Shown: positions 48,669 to 59,560, counted from the first letter of the stretch. The stretch is DNA of 64,000 bases from Alistipes sp. (GCA_017555905.1 JAFZFP010000012.1:29698-93697), one strand, 5' to 3'. The notes: generated from the letters alone by a model not told the origin. Numbers and translations: made by a program.

Positions 48669-50783
48669 CTACTTGAGGTACTTATTCAACCAGCCGAAGA
48701 ACTCACGATTCCAAACTACAGAGTTCTGTGGCTGGAACACCTGGTGAGCCTCGTTCTCGAATGATACAAGACGTGCATCAAGACCCTGAACACGTGCTGC
48801 GGTGAAGGCCTCCAACGACTGGCTATATGGGATACGGTAATCCTTCTCGCCAGTGATAATCATAATTGGAGAGTCCCAGTTAGCAACCTTCTTGTGTGGA
48901 GAGTTAGCATACGAGCGCATTGCAGTAGCGTTGTCGCTCTCCCAGTAAGCACCACCATAGTCGTTAGTCACGAAGAATAGCTCCTCGGTGTGGCCATACA
49001 TAGACTCGAAGTTGAAGATACCGCAGTGAGCGATGAAGGCCTTGAAGCGACCCTCGTGAACGCCTGCGAGGTAGTAGGTAGAGTAGCCACCATACGATGC
49101 ACCTACGCAACCACGGTGGTCGGTATCTACCCAAGGCTCCTTAGATACCTCGTCGATTGCTGCGAGGTAGTCGCGGATGTTCTGACCTGAGTAGTCGCCA
49201 GAGATCTGGTCGGTCCACTCCTGACCAAATGATGGACAACCACGGCGGTTAGGTGCTACGATAACGTAACCCTCAGCAGCCATAAGTTGGAAGTTCCAAC
49301 GGTAGCTCCAGAACTGTGATACAGTGCTCTGTGGGCCACCCTGGCAGTAGAGCAAAGTAGGATACTTCTTTGTTGGGTCGAAGTCTGGTGGAAGGATTAC
49401 CCAAGTGAGCATCTTCTTACCATCGGTAGTGGTAATCCAGCGCTCCTGTACCTCACCAAACTTGATATTGTCGTAAACCTCGCGGTTTACATCGGTAAGT
49501 TGTGTCAATTCGCCACTCTCAAGATTTACGTCGTAGAGTTCTACAGCCTTAGAGATGGTGTTCATATTTGCCACGATCTTGCCACCTGCAAAGGTGAAGG
49601 TGTTGATATCGTGGTTACCCTTAGTGATATGCTTCATATTACCTGCAAGGTCGATATGAGCCACCTGGTGAGTACCGCGCCAAGGCAATACGAAGTAGAT
49701 AGCCTCGTTGCCATCCCACGCAACCTCAGTTACGCAGTAGTCCTGACCACGGGTGATGTAGGTACACTCATTGGTTGCGAGGTCAAAGACCCAAAGACGC
49801 TGCTGGTCAGCCTCATTACCTGGACGACGCTGTGAGCGGAAGGCTACCTTAGTGCCATCTGGCGAGAATACAGGATACTTGTCGTAGCCCACGAACTTCT
49901 CGTCGCCCTGAGCAGCAGCCTCCTTCGAGAGGTTGCGTGTAGCCTTTGTTGCGAAGTCGTAGAGGAAGATATCCGAATCGGTAGAGAGGGCATAATCTAC
50001 GCCAGTGAGAGGCTTGCAGGTATAGGCAAGCATAGAGCCATCTGGCGAGAGGCGAATCTCTGCGGTGTCGAAATATGGAGCCAATGGTGCATCGTAAGCC
50101 TTGTCAGCGCCGATGATATCAACGCCATCCACAATCTTGCCATCCTTGTAGTCGGCAGCAAAGATGTGGAGGTAAGAGCCATCATCCCAGTAATCCCAGT
50201 GGCGTACCATAAGGTCGTCGTAGAGGCGCACCTTAGACTTATCCATATCGGCATACTTATCCGAGCCCTTCAACGGAGCAACCTTCACACGCTGAACATA
50301 GAAGGCGTGGTCACCAGCGATACCAAAGCCCTCAATTCCACCCTCGATATCAGTAAGTTGAACGAGGTTCTGACCATCAACATCCATAGCCCAAGCCTGC
50401 ATAGAACCCGAACGGTTCGACATAAAGGCGATGCGGTTCTCAGAGAGCCACTGTGGCGCAGTGTTTGTTGAGTTGTAGTCGGTAATAGCACACTCCTCTG
50501 CAGTAGCCATATCGCGCAACCAGAGACGTGTGATACCGCGATTCTCAGCGAGGTTGTACTGGGTTACTGTGTAGATGAGTTTTGAGCCATCCTCAGAGAG
50601 TACCTGCTGGCCAATACGGCTCATCTTCCACATAATCTCGGGGGTAAACTTACCCTCAGCCTTCTCCTCGGCAGTGAGTGCATTGTCAATTGTAAGAGGC
50701 TTTGGAGCCTCGCCACCATTCTCTGCACAACAGCCCACGGCAAGAAATGCTGCAAATGTCATAAAATAGAGTAATTTTTTCAT
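48669..50783 (-). CDS. S9 family peptidase (dipeptidyl peptidase 5-like)
   Basis: Beta-propeller repeats, QGGPQ, nucleophile GASYGG, Asp (KDYRIP) and His (NEAH). Confidence 0.92.
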   Translation of the reverse strand: MKKLLYFMTFAAFLAVGCCAENGGEAPKPLTIDNALTAEEKAEGKFTPEIMWKMSRIGQQVLSEDGSKLIYTVTQYNLAENRGITRLWLRDMATAEECAITDYNSTNTAPQWLSENRIAFMSNRSGSMQAWAMDVDGQNLVQLTDIEGGIEGFGIAGDHAFYVQRVKVAPLKGSDKYADMDKSKVRLYDDLMVRHWDYWDDGSYLHIFAADYKDGKIVDGVDIIGADKAYDAPLAPYFDTAEIRLSPDGSMLAYTCKPLTGVDYALSTDSDIFLYDFATKATRNLSKEAAAQGDEKFVGYDKYPVFSPDGTKVAFRSQRRPGNEADQQRLWVFDLATNECTYITRGQDYCVTEVAWDGNEAIYFVLPWRGTHQVAHIDLAGNMKHITKGNHDINTFTFAGGKIVANMNTISKAVELYDVNLESGELTQLTDVNREVYDNIKFGEVQERWITTTDGKKMLTWVILPPDFDPTKKYPTLLYCQGGPQSTVSQFWSYRWNFQLMAAEGYVIVAPNRRGCPSFGQEWTDQISGDYSGQNIRDYLAAIDEVSKEPWVDTDHRGCVGASYGGYSTYYLAGVHEGRFKAFIAHCGIFNFESMYGHTEELFFVTNDYGGAYWESDNATAMRSYANSPHKKVANWDSPIMIITGEKDYRIPYSQSLEAFTAARVQGLDARLVSFENEAHQVFQPQNSVVWNREFFGWLNKYLK

Positions 50784-50853
50784 AAATAGTATGTTGTAGA
50801 TTAGTTTGTTCTCAACTTAAATGCTTATCTTTGTGACCAATAATAAAACGGTT

Positions 50854-51468
50854 ATGGCGAAACACACCCTATATTTTGGTAATAATGAGGTGGTTGTGGC
50901 AACTGCCCCACCCAGCCCCGACTACACGACTATAGCGGTGGAGTCTTCACTCGCGATTCCGCGAGCGAAGTTAATAAAAAAAGTCGAGACTAACAAATTT
51001 GTGGCTATAATTACCCCCGACCCCGACCGCACATTCTCGCTCCTTCAGGAGGAGTTTGTAAGGGTCAATGCCGCGGGAGGCGTTGTGGAGAACGATTGTG
51101 GCGACCTGCTGATGATAGAGTTGCGAGGACACTGGGACCTCCCCAAGGGTCACATCGAGGCCGAGGAGAGTAGTTCAGAGGCAGCCTTGAGAGAGGTCAA
51201 AGAGGAGACTGGCATAGGCGCAACCCTCTGTGGTACAGCGCCCTTAGCCACCACGTGGCACGCCTACGACACCTATGGCCGTTGGGAACTCAAGCGCACC
51301 GAGTGGTGGAGGATGCAGAGCCAAGGGGGAGAGTTACACCCCCAAGCATCGGAGGGGATAACTCGCGCAGAGTGGTGCGCCAAGGAGGGCCTCTGTGAAC
51401 GATTAAAAACCTCATACGCCACAATTATTCGGGTGGTGGAGGCGTTAGGTAGAGAGACGAAAAATTAG
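50854..51468 (+). CDS. NUDIX hydrolase
   Basis: AAGG, WDLPKG, G.....E....AALREVKEETG; TATCTTTG at 50826-50833. Confidence 0.9.
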   Translation: MAKHTLYFGNNEVVVATAPPSPDYTTIAVESSLAIPRAKLIKKVETNKFVAIITPDPDRTFSLLQEEFVRVNAAGGVVENDCGDLLMIELRGHWDLPKGHIEAEESSSEAALREVKEETGIGATLCGTAPLATTWHAYDTYGRWELKRTEWWRMQSQGGELHPQASEGITRAEWCAKEGLCERLKTSYATIIRVVEALGRETKN

Positions 51469-51472
51469 AACT

Positions 51473-53032
51473 ATGAACAAGATACTTTGGGTCGATGACG
51501 AGATTGACCTACTCAAACCACATATAATGTTCCTCACCTCAAAGGGTTACGAGGTTGATACCTGCAACAACGGCTACGACGCTGTGGATATGATAGGTAG
51601 CACATCCTACGACCTTGTTATCCTCGACGAGATGATGCCTGGAATGACGGGACTGGAGACCCTGCCACTGATAAAGGCAGCACAACCCTCGTTGCCCGTG
51701 ATTATGGTCACCAAGAGCGAGGAGGAGAATATTATGGATAAGGCGATAGGCTCGAAAATCGCCGATTACATCATCAAGCCAGTAAATCCTAATCAGGTGC
51801 TTCTGTCGATAAAGAAGAACCTCCACTCAGCACAACTCGTCACCGAGCAGACCACAGCCGACTACCGCTCGGAGTTCGGACGCATCACCGCACAACAGCA
51901 GAGCGCCTCGACATTCCAGGAGTGGAGCGCCCTCTACCGCAAGATTGTGGGCTGGGAGATAGAGTTGGCTGGCTCGTCGGACAAGAGTATCCGCGAGGTG
52001 TTGGCATACCAGAAGAATGAGGCCAACCAGGAGTTCTCGAAATTCGTGCGTCGCAACTACTTCAACTGGATAAACCAGCGATGCGACGAGGAGGAGATTC
52101 CCGTAATGTCGCATACGTTGATGCGCCGACGCATCTTTCCAGAGGTGGACAACGCCACAAAGACCACACTCCTGCTCATCGACAATATGCGTTACGACCA
52201 GTGGCGCATAATAGAGCCACTCCTTCGTGGTCTCTTCGACATCACCACCGACGACTTCTACTGCGCCATCCTACCCACAGCAACGCAGTATGCTCGAAAC
52301 GCCCTCTTTGCAGGTCTTATGCCTTTGGCCATCGACCGTCTGATGCCCGACAAGTGGCTCAACGACAATGAGGATGGTGGGAAAAATATGTACGAGGAGG
52401 AGTTCCTCCGCAGACTCATCACCCAGTCGGGTAAGGGTTATCGTCTCTCGTTCGACAAACTCGTGCGCCCCGAGGCGGGCCGTCGTTTAGTGGAGAATAT
52501 GCAACGTATCTACGATGCCGACTTCTCGGTCATCGTCTACAACTTCCTCGACATCCTCTCGCACGCACGTACCGAGACCGACATCATACGCGACCTCACC
52601 GACGACGAGGCTTCGTTCCGCTCGCTGACGCGCTCGTGGTTTGAACATTCGGAGTTATACACTCTCCTAAAACTGCTCTCGGAGCGCGGCCACAACGTCA
52701 TCATCACCTCGGACCACGGCACAATACGTGTGGATAACCCTATACGTGTGACGGGCGACAAGGAGACCTCCTCGAACCTTCGTTACAAGACGGGGCGCAA
52801 CCTCGCATATAACGCACGCGAGGTATATGAGGTGACACGTCCTGAGGATGTGCAACTCCCTGCAGGTCGCCTATCATCGAGTTACATATTTGCCTACAAC
52901 CGCGACTTTTTGGTCTATAACAACGACGCTAATAAGTTCATCCGCTACTACAAGAATACCTTCCAGCACGGTGGTATCTCGATGGAGGAGATGATAGTGC
53001 CGTTCGTAGTGATGAAACCAAAGAAACGATAA
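51473..53032 (+). CDS. porX: PorX-type response regulator (receiver plus PglZ/alkaline-phosphatase domain)
   Basis: ILWVDDE, LDEMMPG, IDNMRYDQW, LPTATQYARN, TSDHG, FQHGG.S.EE; followed by tsaE. Confidence 0.92.
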   Translation: MNKILWVDDEIDLLKPHIMFLTSKGYEVDTCNNGYDAVDMIGSTSYDLVILDEMMPGMTGLETLPLIKAAQPSLPVIMVTKSEEENIMDKAIGSKIADYIIKPVNPNQVLLSIKKNLHSAQLVTEQTTADYRSEFGRITAQQQSASTFQEWSALYRKIVGWEIELAGSSDKSIREVLAYQKNEANQEFSKFVRRNYFNWINQRCDEEEIPVMSHTLMRRRIFPEVDNATKTTLLLIDNMRYDQWRIIEPLLRGLFDITTDDFYCAILPTATQYARNALFAGLMPLAIDRLMPDKWLNDNEDGGKNMYEEEFLRRLITQSGKGYRLSFDKLVRPEAGRRLVENMQRIYDADFSVIVYNFLDILSHARTETDIIRDLTDDEASFRSLTRSWFEHSELYTLLKLLSERGHNVIITSDHGTIRVDNPIRVTGDKETSSNLRYKTGRNLAYNAREVYEVTRPEDVQLPAGRLSSSYIFAYNRDFLVYNNDANKFIRYYKNTFQHGGISMEEMIVPFVVMKPKKR

Positions 53033-53071
53033 ACAACACGTTACAACGACAAACGACAACATCAATAGATA

Positions 53072-53485
53072 ATGGAAAAGATTATTGAGATCTCCTCTCT
53101 TGAGGAGTTGGACAAGGTTGCCGAGGCGGTAATTGAGAGTCTCAATGGCCGTACAGTAGTCGCCTTAGATGCCCCTATGGGTGCTGGTAAAACCACGTTG
53201 GTAAGCCGCATTGCTGCACTCTTGGGTGCCGAGGACGACGTTACAAGCCCCACATTCGCCATAGTAAACCAGTATGAGGGTGAGCGCACCATCTACCACT
53301 TCGATATGTATCGCATAGAGCGCATAGAGGAGGCTCTTGACTTTGGCTCGGAGGAGTACCTCTCTTCGGGCGAGTTGTGCTTGGTGGAGTGGCCCGAAAA
53401 GATTGAGGCACTGCTACCAGACGATACTATGGTCGTGAAGATTGAGATTCTCTCGGATACGGCACGCCGTTTTGTAATTCGGTAA
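53072..53485 (+). CDS. tsaE: tRNA t6A biosynthesis ATPase TsaE
   Basis: MGAGKTT, VTSPTF, HFDMYR, VEWPE. Confidence 0.95.
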   Translation: MEKIIEISSLEELDKVAEAVIESLNGRTVVALDAPMGAGKTTLVSRIAALLGAEDDVTSPTFAIVNQYEGERTIYHFDMYRIERIEEALDFGSEEYLSSGELCLVEWPEKIEALLPDDTMVVKIEILSDTARRFVIR

Positions 53486-53530
53486 TTTTAACTACCTTTG
53501 TGCCACTTTTAACCGCTTTACGGACAAATT

Positions 53531-53941
53531 ATGGAGAAGTACGAATCGAAACAACAACAGATACACCACCCAGCAGCGTTGATATTCCCAATTATCTCGC
53601 GTATGGATTTGATGACCCCAGCCATCCAGGACAAGGTGGAGGAGTGGGAGGCTACGCCCGATAGTTGCTCGTTCAAGGTCAAGGGTATGAAGATAGCCTT
53701 GCGCATTGCCGAAAAGGTTGAGAATAAGCACGTTAAGATTGTTGCCGACGAGGGAGGCATACCCATCGACTTCAGTTTCTGGGTACAACTCAAGGAGGTT
53801 GCCGAGCGTGACACACGTATCAGAATGGTGCTTCACGCCGAACTCAATATGATGATGCGAATGATGATAGGTAGCAAAATCCAGCAGGGTCTCGACCAGG
53901 CAGTGGAGGGTTTGGCTACTGCACTTAACAACTTCAGATAA
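53531..53941 (+). CDS. SRPBCC / polyketide cyclase-like protein
   Basis: YESK, DSCSF, F.FWVQL, C-terminal helix LN.MM.MMIG.KIQ.GLD. Confidence 0.7.
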   Translation: MEKYESKQQQIHHPAALIFPIISRMDLMTPAIQDKVEEWEATPDSCSFKVKGMKIALRIAEKVENKHVKIVADEGGIPIDFSFWVQLKEVAERDTRIRMVLHAELNMMMRMMIGSKIQQGLDQAVEGLATALNNFR

Positions 53942-54017
53942 TAGGCCAAAACGAGGTCTATTATTTGCAATACAAAGGGTTGCGCAGATAAAAAAAGAAA
54001 TTTTATTTCGCCATTTA

Positions 54018-54049
54018 TTTGCATATCACCCAAAGTTGCTTTATATTTG
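54018..54049 (+). promoter_or_regulatory. Promoter of the HU-bS22-rng region
   Basis: TTTG 54018-54021, 20-nt spacer, TATATTTG 54042-54049. Confidence 0.78.
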
Positions 54050-54151
54050 CAGACATTTTTTTTCGAAACTCACCTTGGAGTGAGCCATTCGTTAGGTGGA
54101 ATACTTGTTATAAAATTAAAATACAATTAAATTAAATAAACTTTTACAACT

Positions 54152-54424
54152 ATGACAAAGGCAGATATCGTAAACGAGATTGCGAAGTCAACCGGTGTTG
54201 AGAAGATCCAGGTTCAGGCTATCGTTGAGGCTTTTATGGAGAGCGTTAAGAACGCAATGGTAAATGGTGAGAATGTTTACTTGCGTGGTTTCGGTAGCTT
54301 CATCATCAAGAAGCGTGCTATGAAGGTTGCTCGCAACATCTCTAAGAACACCACTATCACTATCCCAGAGCACAACATCCCTGCTTTCAAGCCTGCAAAG
54401 AGCTTTTCAAGCGAGGTTAAATAA
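54152..54424 (+). CDS. HU/IHF family nucleoid DNA-binding protein
   Basis: MTKADIV, LRGFGSF, ARNI, IP....PAFKP. Confidence 0.95.
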   Translation: MTKADIVNEIAKSTGVEKIQVQAIVEAFMESVKNAMVNGENVYLRGFGSFIIKKRAMKVARNISKNTTITIPEHNIPAFKPAKSFSSEVK

Positions 54425-54454
54425 GAATCTACAAACCATTTAATATTATAAGTT

Positions 54455-54544
54455 ATGCCAAACGGAAAGAAGCACAAGCGTCATAAGATGGCTACGCACA
54501 AGCGTAAGAAGCGTCTTCGCAAGAATCGTCACAAGAAGAAGTAA
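54455..54544 (+). CDS. Small basic ribosomal protein bS22 (AURKAIP1/COX24, mS38-like), 29 aa
   Basis: MPNGKKHKRHKMATHKRKKRLRKNRHKKK; A/T-rich upstream sequence, hairpin downstream. Confidence 0.88.
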   Translation: MPNGKKHKRHKMATHKRKKRLRKNRHKKK

Positions 54545-54560
54545 TTCTTCCCATTAGGAC

Positions 54561-54600
54561 ATAGTTGGAGCTAAGGCACGTCCTTAGCTTCACCTATTTT
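54561..54600 (+). terminator. Hairpin/terminator after bS22
   Basis: ggagctaagg/ccttagcttc stem followed by T residues. Confidence 0.6.
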
Positions 54601-54630
54601 AAAGAACTGATTTACATTGTATTTAAGAGT

Positions 54631-56181
54631 ATGAACAGAGAACTTATCATCAATGTAAATCCAACGGAGGTCTCCATAGCACTTTGCGAGGACAAGGTGC
54701 TTGTGGAGCTCAACAAAGAGCAGTGTCAGACGGGTTTCTCCGTAGGCGACATCTACTTGGGTCGCGTACGCAAGATTATGCCGGGTCTGAACGCAGCATT
54801 CGTAAACATAGGACACGAGAAGGATGCCTTTATCCACTACCTCGACCTCGGTGCAAATTTCTCATCCCTACAGCGTGTAGTGGGTAGCCGCGAAGCAGGC
54901 AAGCACCCCGTGAGAGTCGAGAGTATGAAACTCGAGCCACAGTTGGCCAAGGAGGGACGCATTGGCGACCATATCAAAGTAGGCGATACGGTGATGGTGC
55001 AGATATCCAAGGAGGCGATATCGACCAAGGGCCCACGCCTTACGGCAGATCTATCACTTGCAGGTCGCAACGTCGTACTGGTACCATTCTCAAACAAGGT
55101 GTTTGTATCGACCAAGATACGCTCGAATGCCGCAAAGAAACGACTTAGAAAGGTAGCGCAAGAGGTGTTGCCTCAGAATTTCGGTGTCATAATACGTACG
55201 GCAGCAGCAGAGGCCGAAGATATTGACATTATGCAAGACATCCTCTCTTTGGTTGAGAGGTGGAACAAGACTCTTAGCGCAATGCGCAAGAGTTCGGCTC
55301 CTGCCCGCCTGATGAGCGAGATGAGCCGAGTAAACACTATTATACGCGACTCGCTTAACGACACCTTCTCCCAGATTACGGTGGACGACGAGACGATGTA
55401 CAACGAGATTAAGAGTTATGTACACGTCATCAAGCCCGATATGGAGCAGTTGGTAAAACTCTACAAGGGTAAGGTGCCTATCTTCGATAACTTCGATGTC
55501 GCAAAACAGATTAAGTCGCTATTTGCCAAGTATGTGTCGCTACGTCGTGGCGCATATCTCATCATCGAGCATACTGAGGCTATGCACGTTATCGACGTGA
55601 ACTCAGGCAACCGCACAAAGGCCGAGGACGACCAGGAGCAAACAGCCCTTGAGGTGAACCTCGCTGCCGCAGCCGAGATAGCACGCCAGTTGCGCCTCAG
55701 AGATATGGGAGGTATTGTTATTGTCGATTTTATCGATATGCGCAAGCAGCAGAGCCGACAAACACTCTACCAGGAGATGCAGAAGTTGATGGCTTCGGAC
55801 AAGGCCAAGCACACCATTCTGCCACTTACGAAGTTCGGTCTTATGCAGATCACACGCCAGAGGGTACGTCCTATTGCCATTGGCGAGACCTCGGACACCT
55901 GCCCTACCTGTCACGGTACGGGTCGTGTAGAGCCAACAATACTGCTCGAAAATAAGATTGAGGGACAGATACAGTTGCTTGCCGAGAAGGGATGCAAATA
56001 TGTAAACCTCAAGGTTAGCCCATACGTAAAGGCCTACCTCAGTGAGGGTCTGCTCTCAAAGAGACTACGTTGGATTTTTAAGCACAAACTCTACATCAAA
56101 CTATCGACCGACCAGAGTATCGGAATGATCGATGTAGGTTACTTCGACCGAAAGGGAGAGTCGCTTCTCATTAATTCGTAA
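54631..56181 (+). CDS. rng: Rne/Rng family ribonuclease (RNase G)
   Basis: GDIYLG, AAFV.IG, KE.I.TKGPRL, IIRT, IDVNSG, RLRDMGG...DFIDM, CPTC.G. Confidence 0.9.
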   Translation: MNRELIINVNPTEVSIALCEDKVLVELNKEQCQTGFSVGDIYLGRVRKIMPGLNAAFVNIGHEKDAFIHYLDLGANFSSLQRVVGSREAGKHPVRVESMKLEPQLAKEGRIGDHIKVGDTVMVQISKEAISTKGPRLTADLSLAGRNVVLVPFSNKVFVSTKIRSNAAKKRLRKVAQEVLPQNFGVIIRTAAAEAEDIDIMQDILSLVERWNKTLSAMRKSSAPARLMSEMSRVNTIIRDSLNDTFSQITVDDETMYNEIKSYVHVIKPDMEQLVKLYKGKVPIFDNFDVAKQIKSLFAKYVSLRRGAYLIIEHTEAMHVIDVNSGNRTKAEDDQEQTALEVNLAAAAEIARQLRLRDMGGIVIVDFIDMRKQQSRQTLYQEMQKLMASDKAKHTILPLTKFGLMQITRQRVRPIAIGETSDTCPTCHGTGRVEPTILLENKIEGQIQLLAEKGCKYVNLKVSPYVKAYLSEGLLSKRLRWIFKHKLYIKLSTDQSIGMIDVGYFDRKGESLLINS

Positions 56182-56203
56182 CGCAATTATTCGCTGAAGC
56201 GAT

Positions 56204-59200
56204 ATGAACTATCTAAAATCTATCATTCGCAACTCCAAACAGGCGAATGAGCTGAAAAAATGTTTGGAAAATATAGGCTCTACCGTCCATCTTCAACAGT
56301 TGGTCGGCGGAGCCTATTCGCTTTATGTGGCAGATGCTGTGGAGCAGATGGAGGGCATACATATCCTCCTCTCCGACAACAGCGACAATGCCGCATATAT
56401 GCTTAACGACCTCTACGAACTCCTTGACGCCGAGCGTGTTGTCTACTTTGCATCGGGCTATAAGCGCTCCGCAGCCTACGGCACTGAGGATGCTCAGGGA
56501 GTGGTCCACCGCACCGCTACGCTCAACGCCATAAAGAACTTCAAGGAGGGCTACTTAGTCGTCTGCACCTACCCCGAGGCAATCCTCGAGAGTGTGGTGA
56601 TGGAGCAGGAGCTATCCAAGCAGTCGCTACATATCTGCGTGGGCGACAGTTTAGAGCAAGCAGTGCTCGTCGAGTGGCTCGTTGAGCAGGGTTTCGAGCG
56701 TGTGGACTTCGTCTACGAGCCAGGCCAGTACTCCGTGCGTGGTGGTATCGTCGATATCTTCTCCTATGCAGAGTCGAAACCTTATCGTGTGGACTTCTTC
56801 GGAGATACCGTGGACTCGTTGCGTCGTTTCGACATATCGAGCCAGTTATCTGCCGAGCGTCCCGAGGATGTGGACATCATCCCCAATATGCACCGCAGCG
56901 AAGAGAGCGAGGAGCGCATCTCGTTGGCCCGTTATGCCAAGGGGGCAACGTGGTGGATTACGGATGCGGACTATGCGCTACGCAAGGTCGCAGATGGCAG
57001 AAAGCGCGTTCTGGAGAGTGCCGAGGACGGTGCTGAGGCTGAGCGCTTAGCCCGTCGTGTCACCTCGCGCCAGATACTCCTAAACGACCTTATGGAGCAT
57101 AACGTAGTGCTTCTCAAGGACAACATCCGAGAGCGCAAGGCCACTTCCACAATTCTGTTCAACACCTCGCCCCAGCCAGCCTTCAACCGCAACTTCGAGA
57201 TGCTCGCCGACGACATACGTTGGAACAACGAGCGCGGCTACACCACAACGATACTCTCACACAACAAGGCTCAGATAGAGCGACTTACCAACATATTCCA
57301 CCAGATAGGCCGTCGTGGCGTGGAGTTCCGCTCCGAGGACACGGTGCTTCACGAGGGCTTTATGGATAACGACCTCAAGGTCTGCATCTATACCGACCAT
57401 CAGATTTTTGACCGCTACCAGCGCTACAAGATTCGTGGCGAGATAAAGCGTGACGAGCAGATGACCGTAGCGGAGTTGAATGCCCTGAAGGTGGGCGACT
57501 ATGTCGTGCATATCGACCACGGCGTAGGTCGCTTTGGAGGCTTGGTAAAACTCAACGAGAATGGTCGCACGAAGGAGGCTATCAAACTGATATACAAGGA
57601 CAACGACATTCTCTTTGTGAATGTTCACGCCCTGCACCGCATATCGCGTTACAAGAGTGGCGAGGGCGAACCACCCAAAATCTATAAACTCGGCAACGGA
57701 GCGTGGCAGAAACTCAAGGCCACGACCAAGCGCGCCGTCAAGGATATCTCTCGCGAGTTGATAGCCCTCTACGCCAAGCGTAAGGCTTCGAAGGGCTTTG
57801 CCTTCTCCGAGGATAGTTACCTACAGCAGGAGTTGGAGGCCTCGTTCAAGTGGGAGGATACCCCCGACCAGCAGAGTGCCGTGGCAGCCATCAAACGAGA
57901 TATGGAGTCGGACCAGCCGATGGACCGTCTTATCTGTGGCGACGTGGGCTTCGGCAAGACAGAGGTGGCCATCCGTGCAGCCTTCAAGGCGGCCTGCGAT
58001 GGTAAGCAGTGTGCCGTATTGGTACCTACGACAATCCTCGCCCTACAACACTACCGCTCCTTCTCGGAGCGACTCAGAGACCTCCCCGTGACGGTGGAGT
58101 ACCTCAACCGCACAAAGTCGGCAAAGGAGACTCGCCGCATTATCGAGGAGTTGAAGGCCGGAAAGATAGATATCCTCATCGGCACCCACAAGATACTCTC
58201 GAAGCAGATAGAGTTCCACGACTTGGGCCTTCTCATCATCGACGAGGAGCAGAAATTTGGCGTAGCAGCCAAGGAGAAACTCACACAACTCTCTGTGGCT
58301 GTGGATACACTCACACTCACAGCAACGCCCATACCTCGAACTCTACAATTCTCGCTTATGGGTTCGCGCGACCTCTCGGTGATATCTACCCCACCACCTA
58401 ACCGCCAACCCATTGTCACAGAGTCACATACCTTCTCCGAGGATATCATCCGCGATGCCATCGAGGAGGAGTTGTCGCGTGGTGGTCAGGTCTACTTCAT
58501 CCACAACCGCGTGGAGGACCTACACACCATCGAGGGGCTCATAGCACGCATCTGCCCCAAGGCCCGCATAGGCGTTGGTCACGGCCGTATGCCTGCCGAG
58601 CAGTTGGAGAAACTCATTATGGACTTCATCTATGGCGAGTTCGACGTGCTGCTGGCTACGACAATCGTCGAGAACGGCATCGACATCAGCAATGCTAACA
58701 CCATCATTATCAACGATGCACACCGCTTCGGACTGAGCGATTTGCACCAGTTGCGTGGCCGTGTGGGTCGCTCCGAGAAGAAGGGTTACTGTTACCTACT
58801 GTCACCCCCCGACCAACTCATTGGCGACGATGCACGCCGTAGGCTCAGGGCTATCGAGGAGTTCTCGGACCTCGGCTCAGGCTTCAATATCGCGATGCAG
58901 GACCTCGACATCCGCGGTGCGGGCAACTTATTAGGTGCTGAGCAGAGCGGTTTCATTGCCGACATAGGTATCGAGACCTACCAGAAGATTTTGAATCAGG
59001 CCATCTCGGAACTTCGTGCCGAGGGTCTCGACACGTCGGGATTGTCGCAGGCCGAGAACGATGCTATGAAGGAGGTTTCGTTCGTGGATGATGCTACCAT
59101 CGACATCGACATCGATGCCTCTATTCCAGATAGTTACATCCGTTCACAGAGCGAGAAGTTGCGCCTCTACCGCCAAATCGACGCCATGCACAGCGACGAG

Positions 59201-59560
59201 CAATTCGAGGCTCTTATGGGCCATTTGCAGGACCGCTTTGGTGCTGTACCACAACCCGTCAAGGAGCTTATCGACGTGGTGAAGTTGCGCCACGAGGCGG
59301 TAAACCTCGGTATGGAGCACGTCAAGGTGAAGAATGGTCTAATGATTGTGCGATTTGTGGGAGATAATAACTCGCCATTCTTCAAAACCGAGACCTTCCT
59401 CAACCTATTGAGGTACGTGGTCTCAGACCCAGAGCGCTTTGTTGTCAAGCAATACAATAATCGCCTCTCGATGACCGTTAGAAAGATATACACCATTGCC
59501 GAGGGTGTGGCTATGCTACGCACCCTTGCCAATACAACAACTAAAGAGCAGAGGAAATGA
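56204..59560 (+). CDS. mfd: Transcription-repair coupling factor
   Basis: VRGGIVD, VH..HGVG.F, GDVGFGKTE, DEEQKFG, TATPIPRT, QLRGRVGR, DL.IRGAG. Confidence 0.97.
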   Translation: MNYLKSIIRNSKQANELKKCLENIGSTVHLQQLVGGAYSLYVADAVEQMEGIHILLSDNSDNAAYMLNDLYELLDAERVVYFASGYKRSAAYGTEDAQGVVHRTATLNAIKNFKEGYLVVCTYPEAILESVVMEQELSKQSLHICVGDSLEQAVLVEWLVEQGFERVDFVYEPGQYSVRGGIVDIFSYAESKPYRVDFFGDTVDSLRRFDISSQLSAERPEDVDIIPNMHRSEESEERISLARYAKGATWWITDADYALRKVADGRKRVLESAEDGAEAERLARRVTSRQILLNDLMEHNVVLLKDNIRERKATSTILFNTSPQPAFNRNFEMLADDIRWNNERGYTTTILSHNKAQIERLTNIFHQIGRRGVEFRSEDTVLHEGFMDNDLKVCIYTDHQIFDRYQRYKIRGEIKRDEQMTVAELNALKVGDYVVHIDHGVGRFGGLVKLNENGRTKEAIKLIYKDNDILFVNVHALHRISRYKSGEGEPPKIYKLGNGAWQKLKATTKRAVKDISRELIALYAKRKASKGFAFSEDSYLQQELEASFKWEDTPDQQSAVAAIKRDMESDQPMDRLICGDVGFGKTEVAIRAAFKAACDGKQCAVLVPTTILALQHYRSFSERLRDLPVTVEYLNRTKSAKETRRIIEELKAGKIDILIGTHKILSKQIEFHDLGLLIIDEEQKFGVAAKEKLTQLSVAVDTLTLTATPIPRTLQFSLMGSRDLSVISTPPPNRQPIVTESHTFSEDIIRDAIEEELSRGGQVYFIHNRVEDLHTIEGLIARICPKARIGVGHGRMPAEQLEKLIMDFIYGEFDVLLATTIVENGIDISNANTIIINDAHRFGLSDLHQLRGRVGRSEKKGYCYLLSPPDQLIGDDARRRLRAIEEFSDLGSGFNIAMQDLDIRGAGNLLGAEQSGFIADIGIETYQKILNQAISELRAEGLDTSGLSQAENDAMKEVSFVDDATIDIDIDASIPDSYIRSQSEKLRLYRQIDAMHSDEQFEALMGHLQDRFGAVPQPVKELIDVVKLRHEAVNLGMEHVKVKNGLMIVRFVGDNNSPFFKTETFLNLLRYVVSDPERFVVKQYNNRLSMTVRKIYTIAEGVAMLRTLANTTTKEQRK

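Noticed and set aside
51473-53032. PglZ domain as a sign of a BREX defence system
   Set aside because: It is the receiver-fused PorX in its usual porX-tsaE context, with no other brx genes.
53026-53062. Short aacgac/aacaac repeats between porX and tsaE
   Set aside because: Few, irregular units with no spacers; not a CRISPR or a meaningful tandem array.
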